Assembly: GCA_977017575.1 (NCBI GenBank)
Contig: CDRNVI010000164.1
Coordinates: forward strand, 124,001 to 188,000
Reading direction: 5' to 3'
DNA from: Paramoeba atlantica
Taxonomy: Eukaryota; Protista; Discosea
Length of the DNA: 64,000 bases
A program made the translations under genes and the position numbers. The notes beneath the pieces were generated by a model, which worked only from the letters and a program-made list of their open reading frames with translations, searched no databases and was not told the DNA's origin. Each line of letters opens with the position of its first letter. Positions within the stretch are counted from its first letter, which is position 1. Of this stretch, positions 39,731 through 53,752 are shown piece by piece.

Positions 39731-40215
39731 GTTTCTTAAAAAAGAAAAGGAGTTTGCTTCACACTTCTTGAAAAAGATTTTAGATTTTGGTTTTTTTTAT
39801 CAAAATGATGAACAATAAAATATCAACCTCTCTTTGTTAAACATTCAACATTTGTTCCTTTTTCCAAGAAAAGTTCACAAGTTTGTTGAGATCCATTTGG
39901 AGAACCAAATTGAAAAAAAGAGCAGTCCTGAAGAGAAAAGAAAAAATATTCAAAAAGAAAAATCAGTATATTATTTGTTGAAATAAAGAAAAGAAAAGAA
40001 ACCTGATTGGTCTCAAATAAGAAGGAGTCTCATTTTTCCCCCCCAATTTCGAGAAATTAAATTATCTTTGAATTCCTTCTTCAAAAAATTAAATTAAATT
40101 CAAAAAAGAAATCAACAGAACAAAGAAAAAAGAATGAAGAACCAATAAAATTAAGAAAGGAATTCTCAGAATCCAAATCTTCTCATACAAGTTGAATCTC
40201 AAGGAAGAATCACAA

Positions 40216-40272
40216 TCATTTCCACCATTGAACTGATTTTGTGGTTCCGAAACTAAAATTGAACCAGATGAA
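40216..40272 (-). pseudogene. Orphan NHL C-terminal remnant of a deleted TRIM copy
   Basis: Reverse strand reads SSGSILVSEP... up to the TGA, matching TRIM 3' ends; fused to an Arf-relic exon start at ~40302-40330. Confidence 0.7.
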
Positions 40273-40655
40273 TCCCTTCCAGCAAATGCACAGCTCAATT
40301 ACCAATCAGCTTGATTTGGATCTGGAAGAAGAGATAAGTTGTGAAATCTAAAAAACATCAAAGATCAAAATAACAAAAGAAAAGAAATCATTAAAAGAAT
40401 AAAGAACAAACAAAAAGATTTTAAAAAAATAGAAAAGAAGGAAAGAAAGTTCAAGACAACCTTGATATTTTTAAAACTCAAAGATTCCTTCTCAATAATT
40501 TTGCAAAACATCTGCGAGGTGTCGCTCATCCAGAGAGAAAAAAATTTGAGAAAAGATTTCTTTGAACCAAAAAAATTCAACCAAAAAAGAAATTGGTTTG
40601 GTTTGGTCATGGTTTTTCTCAGACAGTTCAAATCTCAGAATCTCAGGAAGAACGA

Positions 40656-40692
40656 TCATTTCCTCAATTGAGCTGATTTTTGATCTGGTTCT
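40656..40692 (-). pseudogene. Second orphan NHL 3'-end remnant (last ~11 codons)
   Basis: Reverse strand gaaccagatcaaaaatcagctcaattgaggaaatga = EPDQKSAQLRK*, fused to an Arf-relic ILVDC exon. Confidence 0.65.
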
Positions 40693-41227
40693 CAAGCCAC
40701 AATCAACCAAAATAGATCCACTTTTGGAGATCAATTCCTTCAACACAGTCTTGGAAATCCTCTTCAGGAATGAAAATGACCTTGTTTTGACTTTCAAAAG
40801 AGAAAAAGGAAAAGGAAAAAAAAGAAAATAATTTTTCCTAAAAAACTCAGATCATTCATAGAGACAAGAAAAAAACCTTTTGGTGATCCAAATCATTACA
40901 TCACATCTCTCAACCCTTCTGTCAAGAAAATTCCACTCCAAAACAGTCCTGAATGGGTGTAAGGAATGGTGGAGTATAATATTCCCACAACTTTTCCACA
41001 GAAGAAACAAAATCATTTTTTACACCTTGATTTGGATCTGGAAGAAGAGAGAAGTTGTGAAATTTTGGAAAAAGAAAAGAACAAACTCTTTCACCTTTCC
41101 TTCATGTTCCCCTTTTCTCATTGTCCAATAAATCGAAAGAAGAAAAGAAACCAAAAAGAAAATGAAGTGTTGTTGTTGAATTGGAGTTGGCGGATCAACC
41201 TAACTTTGCAAAAGATTTTCAGAAAAT

Positions 41228-41298
41228 GCGCCGGTGGTTCAGTGGTAGAATTCTCGCCTGCCACGCGGGAGGCCCGGGTTCGATTCCCGGCCGGCGCA
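41228..41298 (+). tRNA. tRNA-Gly(GCC)
   Basis: Identical 71-nt gene; oligo-T terminator. Confidence 0.97.
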
Positions 41299-42190
41299 AC
41301 TTTTTTTTCTTCTTCTTCTCAACTCAACCTTTTTTTTTTGTGTTTTAATTTCATGGTGAAGAAGGGTCCCAATCTAAAAACCAACCTCTCTTTTGGAGAC
41401 CACCTTTTTGTTCCTTGTTCAAATTCCCTCAGTTGTTGACCTTCATTTTGGATAATTTAGGTTCAACAAAAAGCTCATTTTTTCAAAAAACAGAGATTAC
41501 CTTTTCTTTGATCTTTTTCTTTTCGAATCACCAATTCTTTTTGTTCCCAAGAAAAAGGAGTTTACACTTCACACTTCAAGAAAGAAATGAGAAAAAAAAA
41601 GTTTTTCAAAAAAAGAGAATCAAATGAACAACCTCTCTTTGTTTGAAACGTTCCCAAATGAGAAAAGTTCACAAGTTTGTTGAAATCCATTTTTGAGAAC
41701 CAAATTCGAAAAAAAGAGATTCTTTCCAGTCCTAAAGAAAAAGGAAAAATATTCAAAAAAATTGGTATCATTTGATGAAATAAAGAAAAGAGAAACCTGA
41801 TTGCTCTAAAAAGAGAAGGATTTCCAATTTTTCCCCCAAGTTCAAGATATTAAATTATCTTTGAAATCTAAAAAACTTCAAAATTAAATTCAAAATAAAG
41901 AAGATCAACAGAAAGAGAAAAGAAAAAGAAAGAACAAAAGAAAAGAAATAATTCAACCAAAAACAAACAAATATAAGATTAAAAAAAATAGAAAAAAGGA
42001 AAGAAAGTTTTCAAGACAACCTTGATATTTTCACTCGGAAAACTTTCTCAATAATTCTCCAAAACATCTCCGAGGTGTCACACATCCGAAATGTGAGAGT
42101 TGGAGAGAAAAATTCAATCAAAAAAAGAAAAAAGGTTTGGTTTGGTTAGTGATGAATTTTCTTCGACAGTTTGAAACTCAGGAAGAACGA

Positions 42191-44414
42191 TCATTTCCAC
42201 AATTGAACTGATTTTTGATCTGGTTCTGAAACTAAAATTGAACCAGACGAATGTACACCAATCCCAAAAGGATTCTTCATCTTCCCAAATCCAAAAGAAA
42301 AAAGAAAAGTTCCATCTTTCTCAAACACACTCACTCTCCCATTTTCCCATTCACCAACAATAATTCGACCATTCCCATCAACATCAACACCGCTTGGTTT
42401 CTCCAATTGAGAATCTTTTGATCCTCTTTCTCCAAAAGTTCGAATAAAATTTCCTTCAATTCCCATCACTTGAATTCGATGATTCCAAGTATCAGAAATA
42501 ACAAGATTACCATCTCCATCAACTACTACACCACAAGGACGGTTAAATTGACCTTCAGAAGAACCCTCAGTCCCAAAACATCGAATAAAACATCCATCAT
42601 AACTAAACACTTGGATTCGATTATTCTCACTGTCAACAACAATAATTCGACCTTCTTCATCAACATCAATCCCATGTGGTTTGTTGAATTGACCAGGTTG
42701 AGAACCTTCACATCCAAATGATCTTATCAAACAACTTTCTTTGTTCAACACCATCACTTTCGATCCTACTTGGTTGAGACATACAATCTCATCATTCAAC
42801 CCAATTGCAACATCAATAAAAGTTGCATCACTAACTTTGAGAGTTTGAATCAAAGATCCTTCTTTGTTTCTAATTCTCAACTTCCCTCTATCATGACAAA
42901 CAATAAAGTTACCATCAATGTTCTCAACAATTCCCCAAGGGTTTTCATCACAACAAAATGAAGAAATAAATTCCATTCGATCACCAATCACTCCTTTCTT
43001 TTTTCGATTCAAAAGTGAAACATCAAGTTCATCAATAAGATCATTCGCAATTTGAAGAAAAGTTGAAAAGAGATCTTCATCAAAAAGAGAATCAGTTGTT
43101 GGAGTTTGAGATAATCTAAGAATTGTATCACACCTCATTCTCAAATCAACTTTCTCTAAATCTAAATCTTTCTTCATCACTTTCTTGTTCATTAATTTCT
43201 CTTCTAATTCTTGAATCTCTTGTTTTACTTTTCTTGTTTCCTTTTCAACAAACTCCAATCTCTTTTCCAATCCAACTCCAATCTTCAAAATCTCATTTCT
43301 CTTTCTCAAAACACTCTCTTCTAACGAATAAACATTCTGTCGATGTTCATCGTGAACCCCAAGAACACATTCCATACAAACAAAAAGAGAACACTCAAAA
43401 CAAAACCCACTCAAATTCTCAGATGGGTGAGTTAAACAGTGTTTCTTTTTCAAACTTTCTAATCCCTCATCATTCCCAAGTTGTTGGTTTCTTCTTCCTT
43501 CTTGTTGTTGGTTTTGTTGGTTTTCACGTTTGTGGTTTCGAGAGAAAATATTGGAGGAATGAGATTGTTCACAAGAATCACAAATGAACAATTCACATTT
43601 CGAACAATACATTGAAGTTTGTTCTCCACACCTTTCGAAATTCACACATTCTTTCGTTTCATCTGTTTGTTGGTTATACTTTGTTGGTTAAGGGGGTATT
43701 TTCTTTGTTTTTATGTTTTTATGTTTGTTGTTTGTGGAACAATTGTTTTGTGGTGGGTGGTGAGGTGAATTGTTTCATTTGAAAAGAAAAAGAAAGGAAA
43801 GAAAAACATGGAGTTGGAGGAAGACAGAAAGAAGGAATCTTTGAAGATTCAATCACATCAATCGTTTCAGGAATTAAATAATTGGAATCAAATGATTCAA
43901 TTGTCTCACATCTTCCTCCTCCTTCTCCTTCAATCTCTTTTCGACAAACTGGACAACATCTCTTCTTCTTCCCACCATCACTCAAACAACAACTTGAAGA
44001 AGAAGAAGAACCATCGACTTGATGAGGAGAAAGAAAAAGATTGGGACCACCATCACCGCCGCCACCACCACTGCCACCATCACCATCACCACCATCACCA
44101 CTCTCAGAAGTTGAAGTTGAAGTTTGTTGAGAGGAGAAGAAGAGTTTGTTGAGACAATCAGAGCAAAAAGAGTGGCCACAAGGTAATGATCTCGGTTCCT
44201 TTTCCCATCTCATCATTTCAAAACAAATCAAACATTCAAACCCTCTCCTTTCTTCACACTCTTTCCTTTCTGTTTCTTCTTCTTCTTCTTCTTCTTTTCC
44301 TTTTTCAACTAACTTCTCTTCCTTCTTTCTCTTGGTCTTCTCTCCCTCCTTCTCTCCCTTCTTTCTCTTCTTCTCTTCTCCTTGTTCAGTTTTCACTCGT
44401 TTCCTCTTTCCCAT
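42191..44414 (-). CDS. TRIM-NHL copy G
   Basis: Same architecture; intron 43663-43807; one-codon insertion (KVSDATF) in an NHL blade. Confidence 0.93.
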
Positions 44415-44754
44415 TTTTCCACAACACAATTTCTAATTTGGTTGACAACAAAAAACAATTCAAAACAACAGAAAGAAGACGAGAAGAAGGTTACCACAAC
44501 ACAAACAAACAACAAACAAACAACAAACAACAAACAAACAAAAAAGCTAAATTTGGGCCTCTTTTTTTTCATCTTTCATTTCTTTTGGGTTGAGAGAGAG
44601 AACATTCATATTCACTGAATGTTGGTGTGTTGAGTCCTGAAAATGGATCCATTTGAAATCAAAAGAAGAGAACTTTCAATTTGAATCTTCAATTATTTGA
44701 ATGTTGAAAAAGTGAATGGTTTTTACAATCTCAATGTTTTGGTTTTTTAAAATT

Positions 44755-45556
44755 TGATATTTCCATCACCAAGCAAGAGTAAAACATTTGAGGGAAGATG
44801 GGTTTTTTAAGAAGAGAAAGGAGAGTTATCAGGCAGCAGAGATATCAAGGTGTATAAAGACTCCTAGTCACCAGGATCCAATATTTTTTGGAAAAGAAGA
44901 GAGAGGTTTTGAGAGATCATCAAAGTCAAGACAAGAAGAGAAGGAAATCCGTGTGGATGTGTGGTGAGAGGTGGGAGACATTATTATTGAACCAGGTCTC
45001 CTCCAACGAAATGAGTCAGGAGAATGAAAGGGACTGTCAACCTCGAAATCCCTTATTGGCTTAATGATTTAAACCAAGGAGAGAGTGGAGTACAAGCACC
45101 AAAAAAATGAAAAACAATGTCAACTATGATTAAAGAGACAAAAAGATCCTTCTATCGCAGCCGAAAAGTAATTCATTCAGTCTTGGGAGTCGAAGTTTTT
45201 GACAAGAACCATCCAATCAACATAGTGCAAGAATTTGCATTGCCAATCCTGGAGGGAAAGAAGAGTTTTTGATATTTCAGAGAGGTTGGAGGAGAGAGAC
45301 TGAGTCATGTAAAAGTGGGGGAGAGAGGAAGAGGGAGAAAGTGTTTCTCAAAATGATCAAGATATTCATACATAAAGCGGAGGGGATCTTAACCTTAAAG
45401 TCTTTGGAGAGGGGGGGTTTTAGGATGGGTGTGGTGTCTGTTTTTCTGTTTCTTAAAAAAGAAGAGGAGTTTGCTTCACACTTCTTGAAAAAGATTTTAG
45501 ATTTTGGGTTTTTTTTTATCAAAATGAACAATAAAATATCAACCTCTCTTTGTTAA
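44755..45556 (+). pseudogene. ORF X relic, longest form
   Basis: Contains segments shared with both the long and short ORF X relics; stops and frameshifts; boundaries approximate. Confidence 0.4.
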
Positions 45557-45983
45557 ACGTTCAACATTTGTTCCTTTTTCCAAGTTCACAAGTTTGTTGA
45601 GATCCATTTGGAGAACCAAATTCGAAAAAAGAGCAGTCCTCCGATTTTTCTTAAAATAAAGAAAGGAATTCTCAGAATCGTGGTCATATCCCCAAGTGAA
45701 CTGATTTTTGATATGAATGGTGGAGTAAAATATTCCCACAACTTTTCCACAGACTAAACTATCATTTTTTTCATATTTTTTCAATATTGATGACCTATCA
45801 CCTTGATTTGGATCTGGAAGAAGAAATAAGTTGTAAAATTTGGAAAGAGAAAAGAACAAACTCTTTCCCCTTTCCTTCATGTTCCCTTTTTTCATTGTCC
45901 AATAAATTGAAAGAAGAAAAGAAACCAAAAAGGAAATGAGAGTTGGCGGATCAACCTAACTTGGCAAAAGATTGTCAAGAAAT

Positions 45984-46054
45984 GCGCCGGTGGTTCAGTG
46001 GTAGAATCTTCGCCTCCCACGCGAAGGGCCCGGGTTCGATTCCCGGCCGGCGCA
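45984..46054 (+). tRNA. tRNA-Gly(CCC)
   Basis: Identical to 1480-1550. Confidence 0.96.
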
Positions 46055-47028
46055 ACTTTTTTTTCTTCTTCTTCTCAACTCAACCTTTTTTTTTGTGTTT
46101 TAATTTCATGGTGAAGAAGGGTCCCAATCTAAAAACCAACCTCTCTTTGGAGATCACCTTTTTTTTCCTTGTTCAAATTCCCTCAGTTGTTTTGGAGAAC
46201 CAAATCGCATGATTCTTGAAAATCAAAAATTAGAGAGAAAGATAAGAAAAAAGAAAGAGAAAGAAAACCACACAACCTAAAATTTCCCAGGACTCTCTCC
46301 AAAACTTCAAAGGGGCCGGGGTGTTTGCACGAAAAAGAATGAATAACCAATAAAATAAGAAAGGAATCCAAATCTTTTCATGCAGGTTGACTCTCATTTC
46401 TGCAAGTGGACTGATTTTGATCCAGAGAGAAGAAATGTGAGAAAAGATTTCTTTGAATCGAAAAACTTTCAACCAAAAAAGAAATTGGTTTGGTCAGTTC
46501 GAATCTAAGAATCTCAGGAAGAACATTTCCAGCCACAATCAACCAAAATAGATCCACTTTCGGAGATCAATTCCTTCAACACAGTCTTGGAAATCCTCTT
46601 CAGGAATGAGAATGACCTTGTTTTGACTTTCAAAAGAGAAAAAGAGTAAAATATTTTTCCCTAAAAACTTAGATCATTCAGAGAGACAAGAAAAAAACCT
46701 TTTGGTGATCCAAATCATTACATCACATCTCTCAACCCTTCTGTCAACAAAAATCCACTCCAAAACTGTCTTGATGGGTGCCAGGAATGGTGAAGAAGAA
46801 TATTCCCACAACTTTTCCACAAAATAAATGATCACACCTTGATTTGGATCTGGAAGAAGAGAAAAGTTGTGAAATTTTGGAAAGAGAAAGGAACAAACTT
46901 TTTCACCTTTCCTTCATGTTCCCCTTTTCTCATTGTCCAATAAATCGAAAGAAGAAAAGAAACCAAAAAGAAAATGGTGAATTGGAGTTGGCGGATCAAC
47001 CTAACTTTGCAAAAGATTTTCAGAAAAT

Positions 47029-47099
47029 GCGCCGGTGGTTCAGTGGTAGAATTCTCGCCTGCCACGCGGGAGGCCCGGGTTCGATTCCCGGCCGGCGCA
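47029..47099 (+). tRNA. tRNA-Gly(GCC)
   Basis: Identical 71-nt gene; oligo-T terminator. Confidence 0.97.
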
Positions 47100-47961
47100 A
47101 CTTTTTTTTTTCTTCTTCTTCTCAACTCAACCTTTTTTTTTGTTTTAATTTCATGGTGAAGAAGGGTCCCAATCTAAAAACCAACCTCTCTTTTGGAAAT
47201 CACCTTTTTGTTCCTTGTTCAAATTCCCTCAGTTGTTGACCTTCATTTTGGATAATTTAGGTTCAACAAAAAGCTCATTTTTTCAAAAAACAGAGATTAC
47301 CTTTTCTTTGATCTTTTTTCTTTTCGAATCACCAATTCTTTTTGTTCCCAAGAAAAAGGAGTTTACACTTCACACTTCAAAAAAGAAATGAGAAAAAAAG
47401 TTTTTCAAAAAAAGAGAATCAAATGAACAACCTCTCTTTGTTTGAAACATTCCCAAATGAGAAAAGTTCACAAGTTTGTTGAAATCCGTTTTTGAGAACC
47501 AAATTCGAAAAAAAGAGATTCTTTCCAGTCCTAAAGAAAAAGGAAAAATTTTCAAAAAAAATTGGTATTATTTGATGAAATAAAGAAAAGAAGAGAAACC
47601 TGATTGCTCTAAAAAGAGAAGTATTTCCAACCAAGTTCAAGAAATTAAATTATCTTTGAAATCTAAAAAACTTCAAAATTAAATTCAAAATAAAGAACAT
47701 CAACAGAAAAAAAAATAACAAAAGAAAAGAAAAACAAACAAATAGAAAATTAAAAAAAATAGAAAAAAGGAAAGAAAGTTTTCAAGACAACCTTGATATT
47801 TTCACTTGGAAAACTTTCTCAATAATTCTCCAAAACATCTCCGAGGTGTCACACACCCGAAATGTGAGAGTTGGAGAGAAAAATTCAACCAAAAAAAGAA
47901 AAAAGGTTTGGTTTGGTTAGTGATGAATTTTCTTCGACAGTTTGAAACTCAGGAAGAACGA

Positions 47962-50104
47962 TCATTTCCACAATTGAACTGATTTTTGATCTGGTTCTGA
48001 AACCAAAACTGAACCAGATGAATGTACACCAACCCCAAAAGGATTCTTCATCTTCCCAAATCCAAAAGAAAAAAGAAAAGTTCCATCTTTCTCAAACACA
48101 CTCACTCTCCCATTTCCCCAATCACCAACAATAATTCGACCATTCCCATCAACATCAACACCCATTGGATTCTCCAATTGAGAATCTTTTGATCCTCTTT
48201 CTCCAAAAGTTCGAATAAAATTTCCTTCAATTCCCATCACTTGAATTCGATGATTGAAAGTATCAGAAATAACAAGATTACCATCTCCATCAACTACCAC
48301 ACAATGAGGATAGTCAAATTGACCTTCAGAAGAACCATGAGTCCCAAAATATCGAATAAAACATCCATCATAACTAAACACTTGAATTCGATGATTCAGA
48401 GTGTCAACAACAATAATTTGACCTTCTTCATCAACATCAATCCCACATGGTTTGTTGAATTGACCAGGTTGAGAACCTTTACATCCAAATGATCTTATCA
48501 AACTACCTTCTTTGTTCAACACCATCACTTTCGATTGTAGTTGGTTGAGACATACAATTTCATCATTCAACCCAATTGCAACATCAACAAAAGTTCCATC
48601 AACTTTGAGAGTTTGAATCAAAGATCCTTCTTTGTTTCTAATTCCTAACTTCCTTTCTTCACGACAAACAATAAAGTTACCATCAATGTTCTCAACAATT
48701 CCCCAAGGTTTGTCATCACAACAAAAGGAAGAAATAAATTCCATTTGATTACCAATCACTCCTTTCTTTTTTCGATTCAAAAGTGAAACATCAAGTTCAT
48801 CAATAAGATCATTCGCAATTTGAAGAAATGTTGAAAAGAGATCTTCATCAAAAAGAGAATCAGTTGTTGGAGTTTGAGATAATCTAAGAATTGTATCACA
48901 CCTCATTCTCAAATCAACTTTCTCTAAATCTAAATCTTTCTTCATCACTTTCTTGTTCATTAATTTCTCTTCTAATTCTTGAATCTCTTGTTTTACTTTT
49001 CTTGTTTCCTTTTCAACAAACTCCAATCTCTTTTCCAATCCAACTCCAATCTTCAAAATCTCATTTCTCTTTCTCAAAACACTCTTTTCTAATGAATAAA
49101 CATTTTGTCGGTGTTCATCATGAATTCTGAGAGCACATTCCAAACAAACAAAAAGAGAACACTCAAAACAAAACCCACTCAAATTCTCAGATGGGTGAGT
49201 TAAACAATGTTTCTTCTTCAAACTTTCTAATCCCCCATCATTCCCATGTTGTTGTTGGTTTCTTCTTCCTTCTTGTTGTTGGTTTTGTTGGTTTTCACGT
49301 TTGTGGTTTCGAGAGAAAGGATTGGAGGAATGAGATTGTTCACAAGAATCACAAATGAAAACTTCACATTTAGAACAATACATTGAAGTTTGTTCTCTAC
49401 ACTTTCTGAAATTCACACATTCTTTTGTTTCATCTGTTTACTTTGTTAATGAGGGGGTATTTTCTTTGTGTTTGTGTTTGTGGTGGGTGGGGTGAGTGTG
49501 AGGTGAATTGTTTCATTTGAAAACACAAGAAAAAGAAAAAAAAACATGGAGTTGGAGGAATACAAAAAGAAGGAATCTTTGAAGATTCAATCACATCAAT
49601 CATTTCAGGAATTAAATAATTGGAATCAAATGATTCAATTGTCTCACATCTTCCTCCTCCTTCTCCTTCAATCTCTTTTCGACAAACTGGACAACATCTC
49701 TTCTTCTTCCCACCATCACTCAAACAACAACTTGAACTTGAAGAAGAAGAAGAAGAAGAAGGACCCTCGACTTGAAGAGGAGAAAGAAAAAGATTGGGAC
49801 CACCATCGCCATCACCACCATCACCACCACTCTCAGAAGTTGAAGTTGAAGTTTGTTGAGAGGAGAAGAAGAGTTTGTTGAGACAATCAGAGCAAAAAGA
49901 GTGGCCACAAGGTAATGATCGTGGTTCTTTTTCCCATCTCATCATTTCAAAACAAATCAAACATTCAAATCCTCTCCTCTCTTCACACTCTTTCCTTTCT
50001 GTTTCTTCTTCTTTTCCTTTTTCAATTGGCTTTTCTTCCTTCTTTCTCTTGTTTTCAAACTCTTCTTCTCCGCTGTTTCCATCACGTTTCCTCTTTTCCG
50101 CCAT
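47962..50104 (-). CDS. TRIM-NHL copy H (distinct N-terminus MAEKRKRDGN)
   Basis: Same architecture; intron 49434-49545. Confidence 0.93.
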
Positions 50105-50256
50105 AGTTTCAGCAAGATAATTCAGTTCACAACAAAAAACAATTCAAAACAACAAAAAGAAGAGGAGAAGAAGGTCACCACAACACAAACAACCAAAGGA
50201 ACAAACACAAACGCGAACACTCTACAGCGAAACTTTGCAAAAGATTAACAAGAAAT

Positions 50257-50327
50257 GCGCCGGTGGTTCAGTGGTAGAATTCTCGCCTGCCACGCGGGAG
50301 GCCCGGGTTCGATTCCCGGCCGGCGCA
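50257..50327 (+). tRNA. tRNA-Gly(GCC), terminal copy, head-to-head with TRIM H
   Basis: Identical 71-nt gene; only ~25 bp of 5' flank shared with the other copies. Confidence 0.97.
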
Positions 50328-50408
50328 ACTTTTTTTTTCTTCTTCCCGTTTTTTCTTTTTTCTCTGTTTCTCCTTTGTTTTCTCTTTCTCTTCTCTTTTG
50401 TTTTTTCG

Positions 50409-53400
50409 ATGGCTGTGGTTCGTCCTCGAAGTGAACAAGAACAGCATCCTTCTTTTGTTTTTCTTTTTTTTTCTTTTCTTTTCTTTTTCTTTTTTTCTTT
50501 TTGAAAAGGCTTACTTTTCTTTCTTTCTCTCTTTTCTTTTTTCCCTCTCTCTTTCTCTTTTGCTTTCTCTTTCTCTTTCTTCTCTTTTTAGTTTGGAGGA
50601 TGGTCTGGACTTTTGTTTCGATTTGTACTCGTTTATTGTCTCATTAGTTATTTTTCGACTGGTGTTAATTTTGGAGGAGAGAAGAGAGAAGAAGAGACAG
50701 AGAGAGAATGGGATACAGAGAAAGAAAGAGAGAAAGGAGAAGAAAATCAAATAGAAGGGGGGAAAAGAGAGAGTCTCTCTCTGAAAGGAAAGGGGAGAAA
50801 GGGAGAGAGAGAGAGGGAGAGAGAGAAGAAGAAAAGATTTGGGTTTGGAAATATTATAAAAATGGGTTCTTTTGTTGTTTTGAGAGGTTTTGTTTCTGAA
50901 GAAGAACTTTTTGAAGAAAATGATCCTACTTTTTCGGTTTTTTCTCTTTCTTCTTCTCTCTTCCTTTCTTATCTCTTTCTCTTTCTTATCTCTAATTTTT
51001 TCTTTTCTTCCTTTTGTGGCATTCCTTTTTCTCTCTCCTCTCTTTTTTTCTCTTCCTCTTCTTTTTAGTTCTACCATTCTTTTTCAACAAATCTTATCTA
51101 TGGAGAAGAATTCTCTCAAATGGAAACTTTTACAATCCCAACTTCTCTCTCTTTACAAAATAATGGATCTCTCTTTCTTCATTTGTTTTGTGATCTCTCT
51201 TCTTCTCTCTCTCCTTCTTCTTCTTCTTCTTTTCCTTCTGTTTTTTATTACAAACACAGGCTCAATGTTTTTCAACAAGTTGAAGAAGAGGATAAAGAGA
51301 AGAAGTTTTTATTGATGGGAGAGGAAGAGAGAGAGGAAGAGGGAGAGGGAGAGAGAGAGGAAGATTGTTTTGAAAAAGAAAAAGAAATCTCAGAAGAGAG
51401 ATTTGAAAGTAGTCAAGAAATCTCTGAAAACAGAGAAGAAAAGAGAGAAGAAAATGGAGAAGAAAATGGAGAAGAAAAGGAAAAATATTTTTCTTTTTGG
51501 GCAACAAATATCTCAGTTCATCTCATCACAGAAACAAGACGTCTCTCTCCCTCTCTTATTCCTCCTTCTCTCTCCAATTTCGTCTCTTTTTCAAAAGAAG
51601 AGAGAGAAGAAAGAGAGAGAGAAGAAGAAAGAGTTTATTTTCCGATTGTTTTTTTTAATCGGTTTTGGAATTTACCAGAACATTTTTCGATGGTAAATGA
51701 AAGCACAAAAGAGTTGGAATTGAATTTGGAGATTTCTTCCATGTCTTTCTTTTTGTTTCAGTTTTATAATCAGGTGTTTTTTTTTTCTTTATTTTTTCTT
51801 TTTTGTTTTATTTTGTATTTGTTATTTTTGTTCTTTTTTTCTTCTTCTCTCTTTACATTTTTCCATCATGAAAATTTCTTTCTCTATCTCTTCCCTCCCT
51901 CTCCTTTCTTCTTTCTCTCCTTCCTTCTCTCTTTCCCTCTCTCTCTCTCTCTCCAGTTTGAAGAATCGCTCCTCCAACAAACCCAAGCAATGGGGTCCTC
52001 TCCAAAAGAACTCTCAAATCTCAAAAGAATGCTCCTAGAAACAAATCCGTTCTTATTAGGGACCACTTTTTTCGTCACGCTTTTACACACAATTTTTGAT
52101 TTTTTGGCATTTAAAAATGATATTTCTTTTTGGAAGAATCGGAAGAGTGTGGAGGGGTTGTCGACTAGGAGTGTTTTGTTGAGGAGTTTTTGTGGGGTTT
52201 TTTCTTTTTTTCTTTTTTTCTTTTTTTCTTTTTTTCTTTTTCATTTTGGATGTTTTTGAGTTTTATTATTTTGATTGTTGTTTGAATTGTTTGTTTTTTA
52301 ATAATATTTTTTCAAATGAAATAGTTTATTATCTTTTTATACTTAATGGATAACGAAACGAGTTGGATGATTATTTGTAGTTCTGGAATTGGAGTTTTGA
52401 TTGATTTGTGGAAAATTACCAAAGTTCTTTTCTTCTTTCTCTTTTTTCTCTCCTCTTCTCTTCTCTTTTGTAATCTTTCTCTCCCTCTCTCTCTCTTCTC
52501 TTCATGTTGTTAGGTTTTTGATGTTTCAACAACAACCTCTTTTCCATACATCCAACTCAAAGACAAAAAATCTTATGTGAGTAAGACAAAAGAATATGAT
52601 GAATATGCGATGCGATATCTCTCTTATGTTTTATATCCTTTGATTGTTTGTTATGCGATTTATTCTTTGGTTTATCAAACTCATAAAAGGTCTTTTCTTT
52701 TCTTTTTATTCTTCTTCAGAATTGAATTTATTTTTGAATAAGAAAAAAAGATTAGGATAAATTTTCTTTTCTTTTTCAGCTTCTAATCTCTTTTCTAAAA
52801 ACCATCTCTCCTCTCTCTTTCTCTCTCTTTCTCCTCTCTCACAGTTGGTATTCATGGATCCTCTCAACCCTCACCGGATGCGTTTACACATTCGGATTCA
52901 TAATGATGACTCCTCAAATCTTTATCAACTACAAACTCAAATCTGTTGCTCATCTTCCTTGGAGGCAATTAACATACAAGTTTTTGAATACAATTATTGA
53001 TGATTTGTTTGCTTTTATTATTACTATGCCTATTTTGCATCGGTTGGCTTGTTTTCGAGATGATTTGGTTTGTTTTTGTTTTTTGTTTTTTGTTTTTTGT
53101 TTTGTTTTCTCTTTTCTCTTTCTTTTCGAAAATCGTTTCAAAACTTTGAATTTTTCACTTTTCTGAAATCATTTTTTTTAGATTTTTTTGATTTGTTTGT
53201 ACCAAAGATGGATCTACCCTGTCGATGAAAAGAGATTAAATGAGTATGGAAGTCGAGCAGATCAGACTGAAGAAATAGAAGAAAATGAGGGAGGGGTTGA
53301 GAGAGAGGAGAGAGAAAGAGAGGGGGGAGATGAGGAATCAGAAAGAGAAGGAGGAGAAAGAAAAAGGGAAGAGAAAGAAAAAGAGAGGAAAAAAGGAAAG

Positions 53401-53439
53401 AAAAAAGATCAAAACTCTGAAAGGCTGAAAAAGGAGTAA
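50409..53439 (+). CDS. CLPTM1: CLPTM1-family membrane protein, multi-exon
   Basis: LLETNPFLLGTTFFVTLLHTIFDFLAFKNDISFWKNRKSVEGLS; TPQIFINYKLKSVAHLPWRQLTYKFLNTIIDDLFAF..MPILHRLACFRDD; LYQRWIYPVD; start inferred via phase-0 intron 50457-50591. Confidence 0.9.
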
Positions 53440-53752
53440 AAAATAATGAATAAAATGAAATAAAAAGAAGAAAAATTCAATGATTGATTTATTTATTTCA
53501 AAATTTAAAATCAATTCTCTAAAAAAAGAGTTTTTGAAGACCCAACAAAAATCGATAAAAAAAGAAGAGAGAAAGAATCTCATTTTCACATCCCCCGATC
53601 AATCCTCAAAGAAGGTTTTTCACACCCACCAAAGCAATAAACTCTTTCTTTCTCTTTGGAGTAAAAAAAAAAAGAATCATTGGGAGAAGAAGAATTAAAA
53701 ATCAGAACCCAAAAAATTCCAACCAAAGTCCCAATCTCCACCAAAAATCTTC

